Positions 1 through 10,849 of a DNA stretch of 64,000 nucleotides are shown in pieces (positions within the stretch are counted from its first letter, which is position 1; each line of letters opens with the position of its first letter). The stretch spans positions 27,146 through 91,145 of the forward strand of contig JAAEOK010000060.1 of NCBI GenBank assembly GCA_024244705.1, read 5' to 3'. Made by a program: the position numbers and the translations under genes. The stretch is from Alphaproteobacteria bacterium (GTDB taxonomy: Bacteria; Pseudomonadota; Alphaproteobacteria; JAAEOK01). Under the pieces are notes generated by a model. That model made no database searches. It was not told where the DNA came from and was given only the letters and a program-made list of their open reading frames with translations.

Positions 1-317
1 ATTCTGTTTTGGTTACCATCGATGCTCGCCACGAGGACGATCAGGTCCGTCTGCTGGCTCAGGGCTTCGAATCCCTGGATCATGCCGCGGCTCGCACCGC
101 CGCCGGTCTCGTCGTTTACCTCGACGATGAAGCGGTGCTGCCCAACCTGGCCAGCGTGATCGACCGACAGGAGCCGGGTCGCGGTCGTGTCCACCTAATC
201 CTCGATGCCGAGGGACGGGAAGTCGATCTGTTGTTGGAAAACACCTATCAGATCTCCGCCGCGACGCGGGCGGCGATTAAGTCGATACCTGGAATCGTCG
301 AGGTTCGCGATATCTAG
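1..317 (+). CDS. dnaE: DNA polymerase III alpha subunit, C-terminal fragment (truncated by window edge)
   Basis: C-terminus ...GRGRVHLIL...EVDLLL...YQISAATRAAIKSIPGIVEVRDI resembles alphaproteobacterial DnaE ends; dnaE-rpsB synteny. Confidence 0.75.
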   Translation, partial: SVLVTIDARHEDDQVRLLAQGFESLDHAAARTAAGLVVYLDDEAVLPNLASVIDRQEPGRGRVHLILDAEGREVDLLLENTYQISAATRAAIKSIPGIVEVRDI

Positions 318-341
318 CCGCCCGCCGAGCGGCGGCTTTCT
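316..341 (+). terminator. Putative intrinsic terminator after dnaE
   Basis: AGCCGCC-8nt-GGCGGCT hairpin followed by a short TTCT tract. Confidence 0.5.
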
Positions 342-343
342 CC

Positions 344-372
344 TTGCAAATCGGCCCCCCAAGGGCTAACAA
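344..372 (+). promoter_or_regulatory. Sigma70-type promoter of rpsB-tsf
   Basis: TTGCAA (344-349), 17 nt spacer, TAACAA in a GCTAACAAAC context. Confidence 0.5.
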
Positions 373-384
373 ACGCGCCACTGA

Positions 385-498
385 AATCTCACGCGGGATT
401 TGCGGCCAGCGGAGTCTAGTCCGTGCGGTCGATCCGGTGGCCGGGTGCGCCCGGTCCATGACGTCCCGCGGCGGCCAAACCGGAGAAAGGAACCGATT
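385..498 (+). ncRNA. rpsB (S2) structured leader, likely autoregulatory
   Basis: CGCGGGA(392-398)/TCCCGCG(464-470) long-range stem with internal hairpins; CCGGT/ACCGG complement next to the SD; position typical of S2 leaders. Confidence 0.55.
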
Positions 499-1440
499 AT
501 GGCAGTGCCGACCGTTTCTATGCGCGAGCTTCTTGAGGCTGGCGTACATTTTGGGCACCACACCCGCCGCTGGAACCCGAAAATGGAGCCGTTCATTTTT
601 GGCGTTCGCAACAAAGTCCACATACTCGACCTCAGACAAACCGTGCCGATGCTGCAGCGCGGTCTCGATGCGGTCCGCGACGTCGTCTCGAACGGCGGCC
701 GTGTTCTCTATGTTGGAACCAAGCGGCAAGCCAGCGAGCGAATCGCGGAAGCGGCAGAGCGCTGTGGACAATACTATGTCAACCATCGCTGGCTCGGCGG
801 CATGTTGACCAATTGGAAGACGATGTCGAATTCCATTCGGCGTTTGCGTGAGGTCGAGGCCGAATTGCAGGAAGAGGAATCGGGCCGGACCAAAAAGGAA
901 CTCCTGCGCCTGATCCGCGAACGCGACAAGCTCGACCGCGCGTTGGGTGGGATCAAGGACATGGGCGGATTGCCCGATATCCTATTCGTCATTGATACCA
1001 ATAAGGAATCGATCGCCGTTGCCGAAGCGCGGAAGCTGAAGATTCCGGTGATCGCGGTCGTCGACAGCAACTCGGACCCGGAAGGGATCGAATATCCCGT
1101 GCCCGGCAACGACGATTCATTGCGGGCGATCAATCTTTACTGCGATCTGGTGTCGACGGCGGTTCTTGACGGCCTCCAGGAAGAGGCGGCGGCCGGCGGT
1201 GTCGATGTCGGCGAGGCCGAGGAACCGGTCGTCGAGGAACTGGTTGTCGCCCAGGCCGAGGACCAGCCCGCCGCGGCCGCCGGTGACGGCGAGGCCGCCT
1301 CCGGCAACGGGGCCAGCGAGGACGCTGCCGGTGACCCAGCGGCCGCTGAAGCGACGGCCGAGGTTGCCACCGAAACGGCCGCGGAGTCGGCGCCGGACCA
1401 GCCTGCCGTCGAGGAGACCGCGAAGGAAGCACCGGCCTAG
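499..1440 (+). CDS. rpsB: 30S ribosomal protein S2 with acidic Ala/Glu-rich tail
   Basis: [31 protein letters not shown] motifs; AAAGGA SD before ATG 499. Confidence 0.98.
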   Translation: MAVPTVSMRELLEAGVHFGHHTRRWNPKMEPFIFGVRNKVHILDLRQTVPMLQRGLDAVRDVVSNGGRVLYVGTKRQASERIAEAAERCGQYYVNHRWLGGMLTNWKTMSNSIRRLREVEAELQEEESGRTKKELLRLIRERDKLDRALGGIKDMGGLPDILFVIDTNKESIAVAEARKLKIPVIAVVDSNSDPEGIEYPVPGNDDSLRAINLYCDLVSTAVLDGLQEEAAAGGVDVGEAEEPVVEELVVAQAEDQPAAAAGDGEAASGNGASEDAAGDPAAAEATAEVATETAAESAPDQPAVEETAKEAPA

Positions 1441-1540
1441 GGCAATTGCCACTCGAATAGGTCCATCCGACCGATATCTGTAGAAATTAATATTATATTA
1501 CAGATATTTCAGGCGAAAAATTAGTGTGAAAGGTGAAGAA

Positions 1541-2428
1541 ATGGCGGAGATCACGGCCGGCCTTGTAAAGGAATTGCGGCAGCAGACCGGGGCCGGAATG
1601 ATGGATTGCAAGAAGGCGCTGACCGAATCCAGCGGCGATCTTGAGATGGCGGTCGATTGGCTGCGTAAGAAGGGCTTGTCGGCGGCGGCCAAGAAAGCGG
1701 GGCGCGTTGCCGCTGAAGGACTTGTCGCGGCGCTCGTCGATGGTCGTCGGGGTGTCTTGGTGGAAGTCAATTCAGAGACCGATTTCGTCGCCCGGAACGA
1801 AATTTTCCAGGAATTTGTGGCGTCGGTCGCGCAAATCGCGTTGGTGGAGGGTGGCGATCTCGAAAAGATCAAGGTGAGTAATTTTCCGGCCACCGGTCGA
1901 ACGGTCGAAGAAGAGCTGGCCCACCAAATCGCGACGATCGGGGAAAACATGACGTTGCGCCGTGTCGCTTCGGTGTCGGTCGATAGCGGGATCGTGGCGA
2001 GTTATGTCCACAATCAGGCGGCACCCGGACTGGGCAAGATCGGAGTCCTGGTCGGGTTGGAATCGACCGCCGACGAAAAGGCGCTGGCGCTCGTCGGTAA
2101 ACAGCTTGCGATGCATGTTGCGGCGGCCAATCCGCAGGCCATCGAGCGCACGAGCGTAGATTCCGTCGCGCTCGACCGTGAGCGGGAAGTCCTCGCGGAA
2201 CAGGCGCGGGCGTCCGGCAAGCCCGAGGAGATCATCGAGAAAATGGTCGAAGGACGGCTGCGCAAGTTCTACGAGGAAGTGGTGCTTCTCGAACAAACAT
2301 TCGTTGTCGATGGTGAATCCAAGGTGCAGGGGGTTCTCGACGTGGCCGGCGAGGAAGCCGGCGCACCGATCAATGTGGGCGGGTTTGTCCGCTTTGCCCT
2401 CGGCGAAGGCATCGAAAAGCCGGACTAG
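1541..2428 (+). CDS. tsf: Elongation factor Ts
   Basis: [29 protein letters not shown]. Confidence 0.98.
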   Translation: MAEITAGLVKELRQQTGAGMMDCKKALTESSGDLEMAVDWLRKKGLSAAAKKAGRVAAEGLVAALVDGRRGVLVEVNSETDFVARNEIFQEFVASVAQIALVEGGDLEKIKVSNFPATGRTVEEELAHQIATIGENMTLRRVASVSVDSGIVASYVHNQAAPGLGKIGVLVGLESTADEKALALVGKQLAMHVAAANPQAIERTSVDSVALDREREVLAEQARASGKPEEIIEKMVEGRLRKFYEEVVLLEQTFVVDGESKVQGVLDVAGEEAGAPINVGGFVRFALGEGIEKPD

Positions 2429-2490
2429 CGGCCAGCTCGTACTTTTTCATCCCGGCAAGCGGAAAAATACCCATCCGCGCAATAATTTAG

Positions 2491-2530
2491 TATGATCACC
2501 CCAGCGCCGCGCCCCTAACGGGCGCGGCGT
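2491..2530 (+). promoter_or_regulatory. Possible pyrH -10 (TATGAT) and 5' leader hairpin
   Basis: TATGAT 2491-2496; 11-bp stem GCGCCGCGCCC-CTAAC-GGGCGCGGCGT 2504-2530. Confidence 0.4.
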
Positions 2531-2561
2531 GTAATCGTCTGCAACTGATCTCGGATCGTCC

Positions 2562-3287
2562 ATGGAAAGCGCGCCAAGATTTCGCCGCGTTCTTTTGAAG
2601 TTATCGGGTGAAGCGCTATTGGGCACGCGGGAATATGGTTTGTGCGCAAAGACCGTCGATCAGGTCGCAGCGGATATTGCGGCCGTCAGTCAAAGCGGCA
2701 TCGAAGTATGTGTCGTCGTTGGCGGCGGAAATATATTCCGCGGCATCTCCGGTGCGGCGGCGGGGCTGGAACGGGCGAGTGCGGATTACATGGGCATGCT
2801 GGCCACGGTCATCAATTCGTTGGCCCTTCAGAACGCGGTCGAACGCCATGGCATTGCGACCCGAGTGATGTCCGCGATCCGAATGGATACCGTTTGCGAG
2901 CCCTATATCCGGCGGCGCGCCCTGCGCCACTTGGACAAAGGACGTATCGTCATATTCGCCGCCGGGACCGGCAATCCGTTTTTCACGACCGATACCGCGG
3001 CAGCGCTGCGAGCGTCGGAAATGAGCTGCGACGGGCTGTTGAAGGGAACCAAGGTCGATGGCGTCTACAGCGCCGACCCTATGGTGGATAGCGGTGCGGA
3101 AAGATATGATCGGCTGAGCTACATGGATGTGCTGTCACGTGATCTGAAAGTCATGGATACCTCGGCTATCGCGCTGGCACGTGAGAACGGCATTCCGATT
3201 CTGGTGTTTTCAATACAGAATGCTGGGGCTTTTGCCGGGGTCGTCCGCGGCGAGGGGCAATTCACGTATGTCGGCAGCGAGGATTGA
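2562..3287 (+). CDS. pyrH: UMP kinase
   Basis: [30 protein letters not shown]. Confidence 0.98.
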   Translation: MESAPRFRRVLLKLSGEALLGTREYGLCAKTVDQVAADIAAVSQSGIEVCVVVGGGNIFRGISGAAAGLERASADYMGMLATVINSLALQNAVERHGIATRVMSAIRMDTVCEPYIRRRALRHLDKGRIVIFAAGTGNPFFTTDTAAALRASEMSCDGLLKGTKVDGVYSADPMVDSGAERYDRLSYMDVLSRDLKVMDTSAIALARENGIPILVFSIQNAGAFAGVVRGEGQFTYVGSED

Positions 3288-3290
3288 ATC

Positions 3291-3848
3291 GTGGCTAATC
3301 CAGACACCAAGGACCTAAAGCGAAGGATGCAGGGTGCGGTCGACGTGCTAGGGCAGGAATTCGCCGGACTTCGAACCGGGCGCGCGTCGACCAGCCTTCT
3401 CGATCCGTTGACCGTTGATGCATACGGTTCGCAACTACCGCTCAATCAGGCAGGGACCATCGGCGTACCCGAACCACGTATGCTGACAGTGCAAGTTTGG
3501 GACAAGAGCTTGGTCAAGGCCGTCGAATCGGCTATCCGGGAATCCGGGCTCGGGTTGAATCCGCAGTCGGATGGCACGCTGGTCCGGGTTCCGATCCCGG
3601 AACTCAGTGAAGAGCGCCGGGTCGAGCTGACCAAGATCGCCGGCAAATACGCGGAGCAGGGCAGGGTGGCGATAAGAAATGTCCGACGTGATGGTATGGA
3701 GACTCTAAAGCGAATGGAGAAGGATCACGAAATCTCCCAGGACGAACACCGGGCCTGGGCGGACGATATTCAAAAAATGACAGACGACTTCATTCGCCGG
3801 ATCGACGAAGCTTTGGCACATAAAGAAGAAGAGATTATGCAGGTTTGA
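3291..3848 (+). CDS. frr: Ribosome recycling factor
   Basis: [21 protein letters not shown]. Confidence 0.98.
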   Translation: MANPDTKDLKRRMQGAVDVLGQEFAGLRTGRASTSLLDPLTVDAYGSQLPLNQAGTIGVPEPRMLTVQVWDKSLVKAVESAIRESGLGLNPQSDGTLVRVPIPELSEERRVELTKIAGKYAEQGRVAIRNVRRDGMETLKRMEKDHEISQDEHRAWADDIQKMTDDFIRRIDEALAHKEEEIMQV

Positions 3849-3852
3849 GCGG

Positions 3853-4587
3853 ATGGGCGCGCTTCCGTCGAAAATCGAGAACGCCGAGGCTCCTACTCAC
3901 GTTGCCATAATTATGGACGGCAACGGGCGCTGGGCGCGCGCGCGCGGCTTGCCGCGCACCGCCGGTCACAGACGGGGCGCCGAATCGGTGCGACGCGCGG
4001 TCGAAACCGCGCGCACGATCGGAATTTCGTACCTTACGCTCTACGGCTTTTCATCCGAGAACTGGAAACGCCCACCGAATGAGGTCGACGACCTGATGGG
4101 CCTTCTGCGTCTTTATCTCCGGAGTGAGATCAAGGATTTAAGCCGCAACAGTGTCCGCGTGCGGGTCATCGGCGATCGAGGGAAACTGCCCACCGACATC
4201 GTGGATCTCATCGAGGACGCCGAGCAGACCACTGTCGGAAACAGTGCGCTGACATTGATCGTCGCGCTGAGTTATGGCGCACGGGCTGAAATCACCGCCG
4301 CCGCTCGTTGCGTGGCCCGCAAGGTCAAGAGCGGCGAGCTGGAACCGAACGATGTCGACGAGCATGTATTCGAGCGCTTCTTGTCGACCGATGGAATTCC
4401 CGATCCGGATCTCTTGATTCGCACCAGCGGTGAACAACGCCTCAGCAATTTCCTGCTGTGGCAATGCGCGTACGCCGAACTGGTCTTCGTCGATACGCTA
4501 TGGCCCGATTTCACTCGTGACGATTTCGAAGACGCGATCGATGAGTTTCGGCGTCGAGAACGCCGCTATGGCACAGCGGCAACCTAG
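3853..4587 (+). CDS. uppS: Undecaprenyl diphosphate synthase
   Basis: HVAIIMDGNGRWA, FSSENWKRP, IRTSGEQRLSNFLLWQ. Confidence 0.97.
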   Translation: MGALPSKIENAEAPTHVAIIMDGNGRWARARGLPRTAGHRRGAESVRRAVETARTIGISYLTLYGFSSENWKRPPNEVDDLMGLLRLYLRSEIKDLSRNSVRVRVIGDRGKLPTDIVDLIEDAEQTTVGNSALTLIVALSYGARAEITAAARCVARKVKSGELEPNDVDEHVFERFLSTDGIPDPDLLIRTSGEQRLSNFLLWQCAYAELVFVDTLWPDFTRDDFEDAIDEFRRRERRYGTAAT

Positions 4588-5392
4588 GCGCCGACGGATG
4601 ACGAGACTACGCACGCTCTCCGCCCTTGTGCTCGCTCCGGTCACGCTGGCGGCGGTCTATGCCGGAAGTCCGGTATTTGATCTATTGGTCATCACAGCAG
4701 GCGTGATTATGGCCTGGGAATGGACGCGATTGACAGGAAACGGACGATTCGGTTTCGCCGGCGCGACCCTGATTGCCGTCATCTTTGTCGATATCCTGAT
4801 AGTCGCAGTTGGATGGCCGATCGCGGTGATTCCGATTGCGATTGGCGGTGCAGTCATTACCGCCGGAGTCGCGAACTGGGAAGGCAGCGAGCGACCGATT
4901 TGGATGGGTGCTGGCGCCCTCTATGTTGGCCTTCCGTCGGCCGCCTTGCTTTGGTTGCGTGATTATTCGGGCGACGGGCTGGTGATCGTGATATGGCTCC
5001 TCGTTGTGGTCTGGGCGACCGATATCGGAGCCTATTTCGCCGGGCGTACCATTGGCGGACCGAAGCTCGCCCCCGCCATCAGCCCCAACAAGACATGGGC
5101 CGGATTGGCGGGCGGAGTGTTGTTGGCGGGAGCGACCGGTGCTGTCATTGCGGGCCTTGTTGATGTAACCAATGCGACCATACCTGCGGTGGTTGGCGGC
5201 CTTATGGCCATCGTCGCTCAAGCGGGAGATCTTGTTGAGTCGAAGATAAAACGCATTTTCGGTGTCAAGGATACGAGCAATCTCATACCAGGGCACGGCG
5301 GATTGTTGGACCGACTCGACGGCGTTGTGGCCGTGGCACCGACGTTGGTCTTTATCAATTGGATTTGGGGAGGCGAAATCCTGACATGGTAG
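4568..5392 (+). CDS. cdsA: Phosphatidate cytidylyltransferase (start 4568 or 4598)
   Basis: WATDIGAYFAG, ISPNKTWAG, IPGHGGLLDRLD; multiple TM helices. Confidence 0.95.
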   Translation: MAQRQPRRRRMTRLRTLSALVLAPVTLAAVYAGSPVFDLLVITAGVIMAWEWTRLTGNGRFGFAGATLIAVIFVDILIVAVGWPIAVIPIAIGGAVITAGVANWEGSERPIWMGAGALYVGLPSAALLWLRDYSGDGLVIVIWLLVVVWATDIGAYFAGRTIGGPKLAPAISPNKTWAGLAGGVLLAGATGAVIAGLVDVTNATIPAVVGGLMAIVAQAGDLVESKIKRIFGVKDTSNLIPGHGGLLDRLDGVVAVAPTLVFINWIWGGEILTW

Positions 5393-6615
5393 TTGGATCA
5401 AATGAGTCGGCGGCCAGCGGCGCGCGCAGTGTGACGATCCTTGGATCGACCGGTTCGATCGGAACCAATACCATTGACCTGATCGAGAATGGTGAAGGTT
5501 GCTATAGGATCGCCGCGCTGACCGCCCATCAAAGCGCGGAGACCCTGGTCGAGCAAGCGCGTCGACTCAAGCCCGAGATTGCGGTCATTGCTGATCCGGC
5601 GAAATACTCCGCTCTGAAGGAGGGACTGGCCGGTACCGACATCGAGATTGCCGCGGGACCCGAAGCGCTTGTCGAAGCCGCGCAACGCCCCAGCGACTTC
5701 GTCATGGCCGGAATCGTCGGATACGCGGGCTTGGCCCCGACTCTCGCCGCAGTTCGCCGCGGCGTGACAGTGGGCTTGGCAAACAAAGAGTGCCTGGTCT
5801 GCGCCGGCGATATCGTCATGGCTGAAGTAGAACAGGCGAATGGGACGCTATTGCCGGTGGACTCGGAACACAGCGCCATTTTTCAGGTATTTGAATTCGA
5901 TCAGGCGCATACCGTTTCGCGCGTGATTTTGACGGCATCAGGCGGGCCGTTTCTAAATCGGGCACGCGTCGAATTGACAAACGTCACTCCGGCGCAAGCG
6001 GTGGCGCATCCAAATTGGGATATGGGCGCAAAAATATCGGTTGATTCGGCGACCATGATGAACAAGGGTCTCGAAGTCATAGAGGCCCACCACTTGTTTC
6101 CGGTGGAGGACGAGAAGATCGAAATCGTTGTCCACCCACAATCCGTCATCCATAGCATGGTCGAATATGTCGACGGTTCCGTCCTGGCCCAACTTGGGAC
6201 GCCGGATATGCGAACGCCTATAGCCTATGCACTCGGATGGCCCAGTCGCATTTCGTCACCATCGGCGAAGATCGATTTCATGGCCGCCGGTGATTTGACC
6301 TTTCAGGCGCCGGACGACGAAAAATTTCCCGCCATAAGGTTGGCGCGAACAGCGCTCGAAGCGGGAGGGAGCATGCCGGTCACACTCAATGCTGCAAACG
6401 AAATAGCGGTGCGGGCGTTCTTGGATGGCGAAATTGGCTTCCTTGATATAACCGACGTTATTGACGCGACGCTCGACAATTCATCGAATACGGCACTCGA
6501 TTCGCTGGATACGGTCGTGGCAATGGACATCGAAGGACGGCGGCTCGCGACGGAACAGGTGAAGCGAATTTCAAATTCCGAATTCAATGGTTTGAGGAGC
6601 GCGGTATCGCAGTGA
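5386..6615 (+). CDS. dxr: 1-deoxy-D-xylulose-5-phosphate reductoisomerase
   Basis: LGSTGSIG, LANKE, PVDSEHSA, HPNWDMGAKISVDSATMMNKGLE. Confidence 0.97.
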   Translation: MVVGSNESAASGARSVTILGSTGSIGTNTIDLIENGEGCYRIAALTAHQSAETLVEQARRLKPEIAVIADPAKYSALKEGLAGTDIEIAAGPEALVEAAQRPSDFVMAGIVGYAGLAPTLAAVRRGVTVGLANKECLVCAGDIVMAEVEQANGTLLPVDSEHSAIFQVFEFDQAHTVSRVILTASGGPFLNRARVELTNVTPAQAVAHPNWDMGAKISVDSATMMNKGLEVIEAHHLFPVEDEKIEIVVHPQSVIHSMVEYVDGSVLAQLGTPDMRTPIAYALGWPSRISSPSAKIDFMAAGDLTFQAPDDEKFPAIRLARTALEAGGSMPVTLNAANEIAVRAFLDGEIGFLDITDVIDATLDNSSNTALDSLDTVVAMDIEGRRLATEQVKRISNSEFNGLRSAVSQ

Positions 6616-7736
6616 TGGAAATTCTCACAGGAATTTGGGATTACGTCGTTCCCTTCGTGGTCGTTCTTACCGTGCTCGTCTACGTTCATGAAATGGGACA
6701 TTACCTGATCGCACGCCTCAACGGCGTGCGCGTCGAGGCATTCTCGATCGGCTTTGGCCCGGAATTGTTTGGCTGGACAAACCGCCATGAAACGCGGTGG
6801 AAGATCTGTGCGGTGCCCCTCGGCGGCTACGTTAAGATGTTCGGGGATAAGGACGGTTCAAGCGCACCGGATGCCGAATCTATCGCCGAGATGACGGCGC
6901 ACGAAAAGACTGTGTCTTTTTATCACAAACGGCTGTCGCAACGGACCGCGATCGTGGCTGCGGGACCAATCGCCAATTTCCTCTTTGCGATCGTTGTCTT
7001 CACCGGATTCTATATGACCTACGGTCAGCCCTCGACCGTTCCTGAAGTGGCCGCCGTCGTACCGGAAAGCGCCGCCGACCGCGGCGGCCTCAGCGTCGGT
7101 GACCTTATCGTCGATATCAACGGTCGAACCATCGATCGCTTCGAAGACGTCCAACTTCTCGTCCAATCCGGCCTCGGTTCGTCCGTGGATATAACTGTCG
7201 TCCGTGACGGCAAAGAAATGTCGCTCGTGGTTTTGCCGGAGGTGATCGACATTGTCGACCGTTTTGGCAACAAGGGACAGATTGGTAGGTTGGGGATTCG
7301 TAGCTCAAAGGTCGCAATGGAACCCCGCGATAACCCGTTCGATGCGCTTTGGCACGCGACGCTGTCGACCTATGACTACACGATGGTCACCCTCAGGGCG
7401 ATCGGCCAGTTCATTTCAGGCGCCCGATCGACCAAGGAGATGGCCGGACCGATCGGTATTGCGAAATTGTCCGGAGATATGGCGTCCAATGGTATTAGCG
7501 GCATGTTGCTGTTCATGGCCATTCTGTCGATCAATCTCGGTCTCATCAATCTGTTCCCAGTTCCGGTCTTGGACGGCGGTCATTTGCTGTTCTATTTGTT
7601 CGAGGCGGTACGAGGCCGCCCGCTCGGGCAAAAGGCACAGGAATACGGTTTTCGGTTCGGCCTCGGTCTGGTCCTATTGCTGATGATCTTCGTGACGTGG
7701 AACGACTTGGTGAATATCGTTAGCCGCCTCGTTTAG
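6612..7736 (+). CDS. rseP: RIP metalloprotease RseP (M50, PDZ)
   Basis: HEMGH and NLFPVPVLDGG motifs. Confidence 0.96.
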   Translation: MMEILTGIWDYVVPFVVVLTVLVYVHEMGHYLIARLNGVRVEAFSIGFGPELFGWTNRHETRWKICAVPLGGYVKMFGDKDGSSAPDAESIAEMTAHEKTVSFYHKRLSQRTAIVAAGPIANFLFAIVVFTGFYMTYGQPSTVPEVAAVVPESAADRGGLSVGDLIVDINGRTIDRFEDVQLLVQSGLGSSVDITVVRDGKEMSLVVLPEVIDIVDRFGNKGQIGRLGIRSSKVAMEPRDNPFDALWHATLSTYDYTMVTLRAIGQFISGARSTKEMAGPIGIAKLSGDMASNGISGMLLFMAILSINLGLINLFPVPVLDGGHLLFYLFEAVRGRPLGQKAQEYGFRFGLGLVLLLMIFVTWNDLVNIVSRLV

Positions 7737-7767
7737 GCATCACGCAAAGTTGTAGTTCTGAATCGGT

Positions 7768-10083
7768 ATGGGAGGCGTTGTGCGAACAAAATTGGGGTCA
7801 CTGCTTATCGCCGCCGGTTTTATTTGGGCGCTGTTGGCGTCGGGACTGGCGACAGCTGGTGTCGCTACCGATGAATCGACGCGTATCGATATCGTCGAGG
7901 CGATCCGGATTGAGGGCGCGCAGCGGATTGAGAACGAAACCGTACTCTCATACATGGTCATTCGACCCGGCGATCCCTTCGACCCCTCGCGTATGGACCG
8001 CTCGCTCAAGAGCCTTTTTGCCACCGGATTGTTTTCCGATGTGACGCTCCGTCGAGAGGTCAATATTCTCGTCGTTCGCGTCGTCGAGAATCCGGTGATC
8101 AACCGCATTGCCTTTGAAGGTAACCGCAAGCTTTCCAACGATGATCTCTCAGCCGAGGTGCAACTCCGCCCGCGCGTCGTTTACACCAGAACGAAAGTTC
8201 AAAACGACGTCCGCAGAATTCTCGATCTGTATAAACGTAATGGCCGGTTCGGGGCCACGGTAGAACCCAAGGCCATTACCCTTCCGCAGAATCGCGTCGA
8301 CCTTATTTTTGAAATCAACGAGGGCGACACCACGGATATCGAACGGATCGTATTCATCGGCAACAAGCACTTCTCCGACGCCGAGCTGCGTGAGGTGATC
8401 ATCACCAGTGAATCGCAATGGTGGAATATCCTCAATAGCAATGACACCTACGATCCCGACCGGCTGACCTTTGATCGCGAACTTTTACGACGCTTCTATC
8501 TCTCGAAGGGCTATGCCGATTTCCGAATTATTTCGGCGGTTGCCGAGCTTTCGCCCGACCGCTCCGGGTTCTACATCACGTTCACCGTCGATGAAGGCGA
8601 ACGGTACAAATTCGGCAAGGGCGAGATAGTCAGCAATATCAAGAATTTGCCGCCGGAAGCATTGTTGGACAGCATCACCTTTGACGAGGGCGATTGGTAC
8701 AATGCGGAGGAGATCGAAAAGACCATCAATGCACTGACCGATGAGGTTGGCGTGCTGGGCTTCGCATTCGTCGAGATTCGCCCCGATGTCACGCGAGACC
8801 CCGATATCAGGACGATCTCGATAACGTTCATTATCCGGGAAGGGCCGCGTGTTTTCGTCGAGCGCATCGACATCATCGGCAACACGCGTACGCTCGACTA
8901 TGTGATCCGTCGGGAAATCCAATTGGTGGAGGGCGACGCCTTCAATACCCAAAAGGTCCAGCTAAGCCGACGGCGCATGGAGAACCTGAACTTTTTCGAG
9001 TCGGTGGAGATCGAAAATCTTCCCGGCACCGATGCGGATAAGACCATTCTCCAAGTCTCCGTTGTCGAGCAACCAACCGGCGAGCTGTCCCTGGGCGCCG
9101 GATTTTCGACGGACGAGGGACCTTTGGCCACGGTCGGGATTAGCGAGCGAAATTTCCTCGGGCGGGGCCAAGCGCTGAGGGCGAATTTCTCGATTTCAGG
9201 GCGCACCCAACAGGTCGATTTTGGTTTCACCCAACCTTATTTCCTTGGCTACAACATGGTGGCCGGGATTGACATCTTCCGCCTTGCCACGGACCTCGGT
9301 GACAACAATACGTTCTCGCAGGAATCGACTGGCGCCAACGTACGTGTCGGATACGAAATTACCGAGTCGCTGTCGCAATCATGGCGGTACACCTATCGGA
9401 CGGACAACATCACGGATGTTCAGCCGAATGCCTCGACGATCATCATGGAGCAGGAGGGGCGGACACAAACGTCCTCAATTTTCACCGAATTGACATACGA
9501 CAAGCGCAACAACCGGCAGTTCCCCACCGAAGGCTATTTCATCACGTTTGGAACGCAATACGCGGGACCCGGGGGATCGGAGTATTTTCTGAAACTGACG
9601 ACAAGCGGCGGCTATTACTTGCCGATTGCGGACGGCTGGAACATCGTCCTCTCCGGTGAAGCCGGAGCGGTCTCCGGCCTGAACAACAAGGACGTCAACA
9701 TCCAGACCCGGTTCTTCGTCGGCGGTAACGAATTGCGTGGCTTTTCGACATCGGGCATCGGCCCGAGGGATCCGGCATCCAACGACTCTCTGGGCGGCAA
9801 CTACTTTTATACCGGCACCGTGGAATTGGGTTTCCCGCTCGGGCTGCCGGAAAGCCTTGGCGTCGAAGGCAAGATCTTTACCGATTTCGGCAGCCTGTGG
9901 GGCATCGACAATCCGGACAATGATCCCATCCTCGATTCCAGTTCCCTACGGGCGTCGGTCGGTGTCGGTCTGCAGATCACCACGCCGTTCGGTCCGGTCC
10001 GCGTTGATTTAGCGCAAGCGTTGCTCAAGGAAAGTTTCGACGAAACCCAGGTGATTCATTTCTCCTTTGGCACGACATTCTAG
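7768..10083 (+). CDS. bamA: Outer membrane protein assembly factor BamA
   Basis: Signal peptide, POTRA repeats, LRGF motif, C-terminal FSFGTTF. Confidence 0.97.
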   Translation: MGGVVRTKLGSLLIAAGFIWALLASGLATAGVATDESTRIDIVEAIRIEGAQRIENETVLSYMVIRPGDPFDPSRMDRSLKSLFATGLFSDVTLRREVNILVVRVVENPVINRIAFEGNRKLSNDDLSAEVQLRPRVVYTRTKVQNDVRRILDLYKRNGRFGATVEPKAITLPQNRVDLIFEINEGDTTDIERIVFIGNKHFSDAELREVIITSESQWWNILNSNDTYDPDRLTFDRELLRRFYLSKGYADFRIISAVAELSPDRSGFYITFTVDEGERYKFGKGEIVSNIKNLPPEALLDSITFDEGDWYNAEEIEKTINALTDEVGVLGFAFVEIRPDVTRDPDIRTISITFIIREGPRVFVERIDIIGNTRTLDYVIRREIQLVEGDAFNTQKVQLSRRRMENLNFFESVEIENLPGTDADKTILQVSVVEQPTGELSLGAGFSTDEGPLATVGISERNFLGRGQALRANFSISGRTQQVDFGFTQPYFLGYNMVAGIDIFRLATDLGDNNTFSQESTGANVRVGYEITESLSQSWRYTYRTDNITDVQPNASTIIMEQEGRTQTSSIFTELTYDKRNNRQFPTEGYFITFGTQYAGPGGSEYFLKLTTSGGYYLPIADGWNIVLSGEAGAVSGLNNKDVNIQTRFFVGGNELRGFSTSGIGPRDPASNDSLGGNYFYTGTVELGFPLGLPESLGVEGKIFTDFGSLWGIDNPDNDPILDSSSLRASVGVGLQITTPFGPVRVDLAQALLKESFDETQVIHFSFGTTF

Positions 10084-10094
10084 GGGATCGGTTT

Positions 10095-10658
10095 GTGATT
10101 CGTTCCGTCGTCGCTCGACTCGCTTTGCTCGCACTATTGGCCGTTGCGTTTTGGTCTCCGCCCGGTGCCGGCGCACAACAATTGCCGTCGCCGACAATAG
10201 CGATAATTGATGTCGAAGCGTTGATGCGAGATTCTATGGCCTCGAAGAGTATCCGCGCCCAGCTCGAGGAGAGGCGGGCGTCCTATCAGGACGAAATCTC
10301 TAGCCGCGAGAGAGACCTCCGAACGGCGGACGAGGAATTGGCGAAACAGCGCTCGGTGCTTTCGGCGGAGGCATTCGCCGAACGCCAGCAGGAATTTCAG
10401 AAACAAGTCGCCGAAACACAACGGCATGTGCAGAACCGAAAACGGCAACTGGATCAGGGATTTGCCGAGGCGATGCGTAATGTGGAAGAGGCGATTTCGG
10501 AGGTCGCGCAGAACATTGCCGAGCAAACCGGGGTCAATCTCGTGCTGACCAAGAATATGGTGATTTACTCCGTGCCGGCGGTCGATATTACCGAGCAGGT
10601 GCTGTTGCAGATGGATCAGTCACTGCCGTCGGTCGAGGTCCTTATTCGAGATAACTAG
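10095..10658 (+). CDS. skp: OmpH/Skp periplasmic chaperone
   Basis: Signal peptide, IAIID, coiled coil, DITEQVL; follows bamA. Confidence 0.88.
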   Translation: MIRSVVARLALLALLAVAFWSPPGAGAQQLPSPTIAIIDVEALMRDSMASKSIRAQLEERRASYQDEISSRERDLRTADEELAKQRSVLSAEAFAERQQEFQKQVAETQRHVQNRKRQLDQGFAEAMRNVEEAISEVAQNIAEQTGVNLVLTKNMVIYSVPAVDITEQVLLQMDQSLPSVEVLIRDN

Positions 10659-10849
10659 GACGTCATTTTGAAGCGATGCCTCGCTTCGCCTCCAGTCCCA
10701 AACCAATGTAGATTGATAATACGGATCGTCTGGGCAAAAATGCAGGCCAATGCCGATGTTGCATTACGCCGCCCAGGGATAAATTGCGAGCGCGTGGCGC
10801 GCGAGGGAAATAGACTTGGAATTAGGGACGCGGAGTGCGGGGGTAGCTA

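Noticed and set aside
1180-1440. Low-complexity Ala/Glu tail of rpsB, examined as a possible repeat or insertion
   Set aside because: Variable acidic S2 tails are common; no periodic DNA repeat
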